From NCBI GenBank assembly GCA_963712115.1, contig CAVQGX010000003.1:1-64000 (forward strand): a stretch of DNA of 64,000 nucleotides, given 5' to 3'. Under the pieces are notes generated by a model. That model had not been told where the DNA came from and ran no database searches. It worked only from the letters and a program-made list of their open reading frames with translations. Position numbers and translations under genes: made by a program. Shown one piece after another: positions 58,385 through 64,000 of the stretch. The DNA is from an uncultured delta proteobacterium (GTDB lineage: Bacteria; Desulfobacterota; Syntrophobacteria; BM002). Position 1 is the stretch's first letter. Every line of letters starts with the position of its first letter.

Positions 58385-58880
58385 CATCAGTGTTATGGCG
58401 CTCTTTCCGGATGAACAAAAGACTGCCTCAACCATTGAGGCCATGTCGGGGTATCCGTGGAAGGTTGACCGGGTTCTTAGCCCTTTTCCCAGTCACAAGA
58501 TTTTTGCCGCCCTGAAGTTGAAAAAGAGCCCTGTGGGGTGGTTTACCCTTGTCGGCGGCATATTAGGGTTTTTTACCGGCTTCAGCCTTGCCATTTACAC
58601 TGCTATTGAATGGAAACTCATTGTCTGGGGTAAACCTATAATTGCTTGGATTCCTTTTGTCATAGTCGGTTTCGAATTTACCATCTTGTTTTCTGTCTTC
58701 GCCAACGTCCTGGGTCTTATCGTTTTGGGCGGTTTGCCCGATTACCAGGGACTCAAAAGATATGATCCCCGCTGCTCCGCAGAACACTTTGGCATCCTGG
58801 CAACCTGTGCTGCGGGAGAGGAAGAAAAGGTCATTGAGTTCTTCGAGAATCAAGGAGGAGAGGCCAGGGTTTTTGAGTAA
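58374..58880 (+). CDS. actD: ActD (DUF3341)
   Basis: SPFPSH, two TM segments, FEFTIL and YDPRCS. Confidence 0.85.
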   Translation: MATDISVMALFPDEQKTASTIEAMSGYPWKVDRVLSPFPSHKIFAALKLKKSPVGWFTLVGGILGFFTGFSLAIYTAIEWKLIVWGKPIIAWIPFVIVGFEFTILFSVFANVLGLIVLGGLPDYQGLKRYDPRCSAEHFGILATCAAGEEEKVIEFFENQGGEARVFE

Positions 58881-58941
58881 ACAGTAAGCAGAAGACAGAG
58901 GACAACGGGCAGCAAGTAGAATCAGAGATCAGAGGTCAGAG

Positions 58942-59110
58942 GACAGCAGGGAGAACTAGGCACTAAGCACCAGGGACTAGGCACCGATTTGAACGGCTTG
59001 AACGACTTGAACGATTTCAACGACTTCTAAACACTTTAGAAATCTTAGGCACTTTAGACATTTTAGTACATTTTAGGCATTTTAGAACACTTTAGACACT
59101 TTAGGCATTT
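58942..59110 (+). repeat. composite heptamer/nonamer repeat inside the act operon
   Basis: Near-identical to the reverse complement of 35227-35391. Confidence 0.9.
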
Positions 59111-59117
59111 CCCAACT

Positions 59118-60317
59118 ATGGCCCGAGCAAACGCAGCGAGAAAAATCTCAAAGCCTCTTTTAGGGGTTTTTGCCCTTCTGGTATTTGTGGGGCTGACCAC
59201 CTTTTTTGTCCAACTTGCAGGTGATCATCCTGAGCGAGCCTGGCAAACCTATCACATCAATTTTCTTCTCTGGTCGGCAATTGCCCAGGGAGGACTTTTG
59301 TTTTCCATTGTTATGCATCTGGTTGGGGCCAAGTGGAGTCAGCCCATGCAGAGACTGGCTGAATCCTTTGCCGCTTTTTTCCCCCTTTCATTTGTGCTCT
59401 TCATCTTATTGTTCTTGGGCAGGGAGTATCTTTTCCCCTGGTTGCACCACGAACACGGAAAGGAAGTTTGGCTCAACCTGCCCTTCCTCTTTTCCAGGGA
59501 CCTAATAGGTCTCTTGCTTCTTTACGGGCTGGGGTTGGCTTATCTTTACTATGCCCTGCGGATCAAGCTAGACCCGGGGCAGACTCAAGGAAAAATAAGG
59601 AGTTTTCTCCTTCGAGGTAAGACGGGGAGCGAGGAAGAAGCTGAGGCCTATAAGGCAAAGATGAAAGTTCTGAGCGTGCTCTACATTCTGACCTACGCCC
59701 TTGTCCTTACTCTTTTAAGTTTCGATCTGGTCATGAGCATGGAGCCCCACTGGTTTTCAACTCTTTTTGGGGCCTTTGCCTTTGCCAAGGCCTTTTACTT
59801 GGGGCTGGCTGGACTGATGATTCTCTCTGCCATCTTCTGGGTTGGCAAGGGGGCGAAATCGAGCCTGACCTCTTCCCACTTTCATGACCTTGGCAAGCTC
59901 CTCTTCGCCTTTTGTCTGGTTTGGGCGGACTTCTTTTATGTGCAGCTCTTGGTCATCTGGTATGGCAATATCTCCGAGGAAACCACTTACGTTATCCAGC
60001 GGGTAATGCTTCTTCCCTGGCGGCCCCTTGCTTTCACTGTGCTCATTGTTGGTTTTTTGATTCCTTTCTTCGTCTTGTTGAACAAGAAGGTGAAGTCAAA
60101 ACCGATCCCCATGATCATCCTTTGTTCCGTGGTAATTATTGGCCTCTGGCTCGAGAATTTTCTCCTTTTGGGCCCTGCTTGGCATCACCATGTTTCTTCA
60201 CTGCCCATAGGTCCCACGGATTTTTTGATCACTCTGGGCTTTCTTGGCCTCATGGCCTTTTCCGTAGCTTATTTCTTGCGCTTGTTTCCTGAGTTTATTC
60301 CTGAACGGACGGGTTAA
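59118..60317 (+). CDS. actF: ActF-like membrane subunit
   Basis: DLVMSMEPHWFSTLFG, HDLGKLLFAF and IWYGNISEE. Confidence 0.85.
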   Translation: MARANAARKISKPLLGVFALLVFVGLTTFFVQLAGDHPERAWQTYHINFLLWSAIAQGGLLFSIVMHLVGAKWSQPMQRLAESFAAFFPLSFVLFILLFLGREYLFPWLHHEHGKEVWLNLPFLFSRDLIGLLLLYGLGLAYLYYALRIKLDPGQTQGKIRSFLLRGKTGSEEEAEAYKAKMKVLSVLYILTYALVLTLLSFDLVMSMEPHWFSTLFGAFAFAKAFYLGLAGLMILSAIFWVGKGAKSSLTSSHFHDLGKLLFAFCLVWADFFYVQLLVIWYGNISEETTYVIQRVMLLPWRPLAFTVLIVGFLIPFFVLLNKKVKSKPIPMIILCSVVIIGLWLENFLLLGPAWHHHVSSLPIGPTDFLITLGFLGLMAFSVAYFLRLFPEFIPERTG

Positions 60318-60862
60318 TGACCAATCATTCACAGAACAGTTTCCTTCAAACCCTCAAGCGAAACCGGGCCCCCTTGCTGCTCACCATCTTTGCAGCCCTT
60401 GGGGTCGTCCTATTTCTATATTTCTTTTATGGTTATGGTACTTACATCGGTCCGGAACAACCCATACCGTTCAGCCACCAGTTGCACGCTGGGGTAAAGC
60501 AGATCCAGTGTTTCTATTGTCATCCCTACGCGGGCTACTCCAATTTTCCAGGAATACCGCCGGTGGAAAAGTGTTTGCACTGTCACAAGTACATCATTGC
60601 CAACCATCCCTGGATTCAGAAAGAGCACTGGTATTTCAACAACAAAACGTCCACCCCGTGGCAAAAAGTATACTACATTCCGGAGCACGTACTGTTCAAT
60701 CATCAGCGGCACATAAGGAAAGAAATTGCCTGCAAGGAATGCCACGGTGCGGTGGAGAAAATGCACAGACTCAAAAGTCACCGCTTCAAGATGGGGTTCT
60801 GTGTGGACTGCCATCGGGAAAAGAAAGCCAATCTCGACTGCTGGCTAGCATGTCACAGTTAG
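60317..60862 (+). CDS. actA: membrane-anchored pentaheme cytochrome c (ActA-like)
   Basis: PEQPIPFSH; CFYCH, CLHCH, CKECH, CVDCH and CWLACH. Confidence 0.85.
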   Translation: MTNHSQNSFLQTLKRNRAPLLLTIFAALGVVLFLYFFYGYGTYIGPEQPIPFSHQLHAGVKQIQCFYCHPYAGYSNFPGIPPVEKCLHCHKYIIANHPWIQKEHWYFNNKTSTPWQKVYYIPEHVLFNHQRHIRKEIACKECHGAVEKMHRLKSHRFKMGFCVDCHREKKANLDCWLACHS

Positions 60863-60872
60863 GAGAAATTTC

Positions 60873-62246
60873 TTGATGTCTTCAACCAACCAAGAAAAGC
60901 CAAAAACCTACAAAACCGCCAAGGCCTTCTGCCTCACCTCGGCATTTTGGTTTACCATGGCCACCTCCGCCGGGATGATTGGTGCAGGATATCTTATCGC
61001 CCCTGATTTCATGGCCAATATCGAGTGGATTCATTTTGGCAGGATTCGTCCCATTCATGTGAACATCAATCTCTTTGGCTTTGTCACACCCGGTTTTCTG
61101 GCAGCGGCGTTTTATTTCCTTCCCAGGCTGTTGAAGACCGAGATTTACAGTGAGAAAATCGGGGTTCTTTCGGCAGTTCTCTGGAACATCTATGTCTTGG
61201 CCGGTGTTGTGGGAATTGCCTTGGGCTATTCTCAGGGGAGAGAATATGCCGAGTTGCCTTGGGCGGTTGACATCTTGGTGGTCATTTCTTTTGCTCTGGT
61301 GGTCTTCAACCTACTGATGACTGTCAGGCAGCGCCAGGAGCCTATTCTTTACGTTTCCATTTGGTACGTCTGTGCCGCAGTGCTCCTCACAGCTACTACC
61401 TACTGCATCGGCAACGTAATCTGGCGGCCGGACACCGGCGCCTTGCTCGGCATACCCGATGCTATTATTCTCTGGTTTTATGGTCACAACGTTTTTGGCC
61501 TCCTCCTCACCCCAATGGGCTTGGCCGTTGCCTACTACGTCCTCCCCTTGGTCAGCCGCAGCCCATTGTACAGTCACACCTTATCGCTCATCGGCTTCTG
61601 GTCCCTCCTGGTGGTGTACACTCACATCGGTACCCACCATCTGCTGCAGGTTCCTGTCCCCACCTGGCTCAAGGTAATCGCCATTGTGGACAGCGTGGCC
61701 ATGGTCATACCGGTAATGCTTTTTCTCATAAACATCTGGTACACGGTCAAGGGTAAACTGGGGGTGATTTATGCCGACATCGCCGGCAAATTCATTTTTA
61801 CCGGTACGATAATGTACTTCTTCGTCAACATCCAGGGTTCTATTATGGCATTACCCCAGGTGCAACGGGTGACCCACTTCAATAACTGGGTGGTGGCACA
61901 CGCCCATCTGGGAGTCCTTGGCTTTGCTGGAATGACCGCTTTGGGAGGGCTCTACTACGTCCTGCCAAAAATTACCGGCAAGCCCCTCTACAGCCGATTC
62001 TTAGCGGATCTGCAATACTGGTTGGTTCTCATAGGTGTTATCGGCTTTACTATCGGGCTCACAATCGCCGGTCTGATTCAGGGTAACGCCTGGATTATCG
62101 GTGAGGCCCTATACCGGACGCTACCCGAAATCCACATATATTATGTGGCCAGGGCCTCAACCGGAGTCCTGGTTGCAACTGGGGCCTACTTAGGTCTTTA
62201 CAACATAGTTAGAACGCTATTTTTCAATCCCGGAGTATCAAAATGA
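60873..62246 (+). CDS. ccoN: cbb3-type cytochrome c oxidase subunit I
   Basis: GRIRPIH, EYAEL, WFYGHN, Y..IGTHH and AHAH. Confidence 0.9.
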   Translation: MMSSTNQEKPKTYKTAKAFCLTSAFWFTMATSAGMIGAGYLIAPDFMANIEWIHFGRIRPIHVNINLFGFVTPGFLAAAFYFLPRLLKTEIYSEKIGVLSAVLWNIYVLAGVVGIALGYSQGREYAELPWAVDILVVISFALVVFNLLMTVRQRQEPILYVSIWYVCAAVLLTATTYCIGNVIWRPDTGALLGIPDAIILWFYGHNVFGLLLTPMGLAVAYYVLPLVSRSPLYSHTLSLIGFWSLLVVYTHIGTHHLLQVPVPTWLKVIAIVDSVAMVIPVMLFLINIWYTVKGKLGVIYADIAGKFIFTGTIMYFFVNIQGSIMALPQVQRVTHFNNWVVAHAHLGVLGFAGMTALGGLYYVLPKITGKPLYSRFLADLQYWLVLIGVIGFTIGLTIAGLIQGNAWIIGEALYRTLPEIHIYYVARASTGVLVATGAYLGLYNIVRTLFFNPGVSK

Positions 62247-63175
62247 GAATGACTCCGAAGGTGGTGGTGGCAGGTAGCTTGGCAATCCTTGCCGCCGTAG
62301 TCTTTGTGATGGTTTGCTGGCCGTACGCCAAGAGAGATATGACTCCTTCTAAGATATATCGAACACGAACCCCGGTTGAGGTCGAAGGCAGGGCTATCTA
62401 CATTCAAAACGGCTGCGTTTACTGTCACAGCCAGTCTATCCGTGCAATCGACTGGGGCCTCGGCGCGGAAAGAATTGCCCAGTCGGGGGATTACGTAGGT
62501 GACCGCCCCATCCTTCTTGGCTCCCAGCGCACCGGAGTTGATCTCTCCCAAGAGGGAGGAGAACATCCGGACGACTGGCACATTGCTCATTTTGTCAACC
62601 CACGTTATGCCCGACCAAACTCGATTATGGTTCCTTTCAAATGGCTGGGTGTGGAGAGGATCAACACCCTAACCCAGTATGTTCAGAGTTTGGGCTTGAA
62701 AGATGCTGATGTGCGCATGGCGCGACAACGGTATTGGAAAAAGCAGGCCATCAAGGCCTATGAGGCAGGGGTTGATCGTAACGCCAAGTGGCTCGCCGAG
62801 ATTGTGCCCGAGGGTTGGCGAAACATTCCCAATCCCTACCCCACCACACCGGCAGGACTGGAGCGGGGACACCTTATTTATCAACAATTTTGTATCGGCT
62901 GCCACGGCCCGGTTGGAGATGGCATGGGTCCGGCTCAGCCGTATATCTATCCACCGCCCCTCAATTTCACCATTCTCAAGGGAAGGGGGATTTCCGGCGG
63001 CATTCTTTACTACCAGATTATGAACGGCATCACCGGCACCGCCATGCCTTATTTCAAGCGAGAACTTGAATCTCAAAAGATCTGGGAAGTGGGGAACTAT
63101 GTGGCGGTATACTTCATAAACCAGAGCGATGCCAATAAGGATCCTCGAGGAATTGACGCCTCGTGGGAACCGTAG
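62243..63175 (+). CDS. ccoO: cbb3 oxidase subunit II fused to a second cytochrome c domain
   Basis: GCVYCHSQSIR, GSQRTG.DL and second motif CIGCH. Confidence 0.88.
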   Translation: MRMTPKVVVAGSLAILAAVVFVMVCWPYAKRDMTPSKIYRTRTPVEVEGRAIYIQNGCVYCHSQSIRAIDWGLGAERIAQSGDYVGDRPILLGSQRTGVDLSQEGGEHPDDWHIAHFVNPRYARPNSIMVPFKWLGVERINTLTQYVQSLGLKDADVRMARQRYWKKQAIKAYEAGVDRNAKWLAEIVPEGWRNIPNPYPTTPAGLERGHLIYQQFCIGCHGPVGDGMGPAQPYIYPPPLNFTILKGRGISGGILYYQIMNGITGTAMPYFKRELESQKIWEVGNYVAVYFINQSDANKDPRGIDASWEP

Positions 63176-63381
63176 GGAGGTGGCAGCGGACAGCCGGCAG
63201 CTGGCAGGTTGGTCAATTTGAGAACTAGGGAATTGGAGAATTAGAAAATTAGAAAATTAGTCAAATAGTAAAGTCGGGTACGGTTCACCGTTTACGATTT
63301 GCCTAATCCACTAATCGACCATTTAACGATTTGAACCATTTCTAAACATTTTAGGCATTTTAGACACTTTAGGCATTTGCC

Positions 63382-63642
63382 ATGTATTACCCTTACTTTT
63401 TGACCTACATGCTCAGCGGCTTTGTTATCAGCCTTGTTGTCTTGTTCTGGGCTCTGCGAAATGGTCAATTTAAGGATCAGCAGCGAGCACGTTTTCTGCC
63501 TCTAGAAGAAGGGCTGGAGACAGAACCGGTCAAAGTGTCCAAGATAGGTCGAATTGAGGCTTATGCCCTGATAGTTCTCGCTTGTTTAGGACTGTTCGGA
63601 ACAGCTGCAACTTTGATTTTCTCTTTGCTGACCAACGGGTAG
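63382..63642 (+). CDS. ccoS: cbb3 oxidase assembly protein CcoS-like
   Basis: FWALRNGQFKD motif. Confidence 0.8.
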   Translation: MYYPYFLTYMLSGFVISLVVLFWALRNGQFKDQQRARFLPLEEGLETEPVKVSKIGRIEAYALIVLACLGLFGTAATLIFSLLTNG

Positions 63643-63733
63643 TAAAGCCGAACCGGTAACGACCACAAAAACTTTAATTTTAGGCATTTTAGACACTTTA
63701 GACATTTTAGGCATTTGTTTCGGAGGAACCAAC

Positions 63734-64000
63734 TTGCACTTTTTTGAACTGCGAGATATCCAGCATTTCGTGCTCTATTTTTTCCCGGCCTTTATTTTCA
63801 TCCTTCTCTTTGGTGCGGCTCTCGCCTTTACCATCTTTTACAGGAAGGATGCGGAAGAGAGAAAAAAGAGGGTAATCGAAACCTACTTGGGAGAAATAGA
63901 GGAGAGGAATGCACCCTTTCCCCTCATAGCATTCCTCACTATATTAGGAACCGTTTTGTGGCTCTTCTTCTACATACTTTTTACTGGTGTATTGGGGGTA
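63734..64000 (+). CDS. small membrane protein, CcoP N-terminus-like (runs off the window)
   Basis: GGAGG SD and TTG; manual translation has two TMs and GEIEERNAPFP. Confidence 0.6.
   Translation, partial: MHFFELRDIQHFVLYFFPAFIFILLFGAALAFTIFYRKDAEERKKRVIETYLGEIEERNAPFPLIAFLTILGTVLWLFFYILFTGVLGV

Overview
This 64 kb window is probably from a Desulfobacterota-like (deltaproteobacterial) genome. That is an inference from gene content and repeat style. (1) 1-17 kb is a signalling region beside a tyrosine recombinase. It holds 7 PilZ domains, 5 FHA domains, two FHA-cNMP-PilZ proteins, an FHA-GAF histidine kinase, a PAS-LuxR regulator, a bactofilin, a short Geobacter-type pilin and three Cys-rich paralogs. 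Many of these units have sigma54 -24/-12 motifs, and there are two copies of a candidate structured sRNA. (2) 17-25 kb carries two-component and SpoIIE/PP2C genes. One membrane phosphatase appears to start 75 nt earlier than the ORF track shows, reading through an in-frame TGA that is followed by a SECIS-like hairpin (candidate selenoprotein). (3) 30-40 kb is a mycothiol-like cluster: MshA-like and MshB-like enzymes, a Fem-like GNAT, two Gfo/Idh/MocA oxidoreductases and a peptidase S51 fused to a CysRS anticodon-binding domain. A four-helix-bundle gene with an in-frame TAG, flanked by inverted repeats, lies next to it. (4) 40-45 kb has a ParA-CBM48 fusion, a RodZ-like partner and a free CBM48. 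(5) 46-50 kb is a Ni/Co ECF transporter. (6) 54-64 kb is alternative complex III linked to a cbb3-type oxidase. Intergenic heptamer/nonamer arrays and MITE-like elements are frequent. No rRNA, intact tRNA or CRISPR array was seen. All domain calls come from motif recognition by eye; no searches were run.
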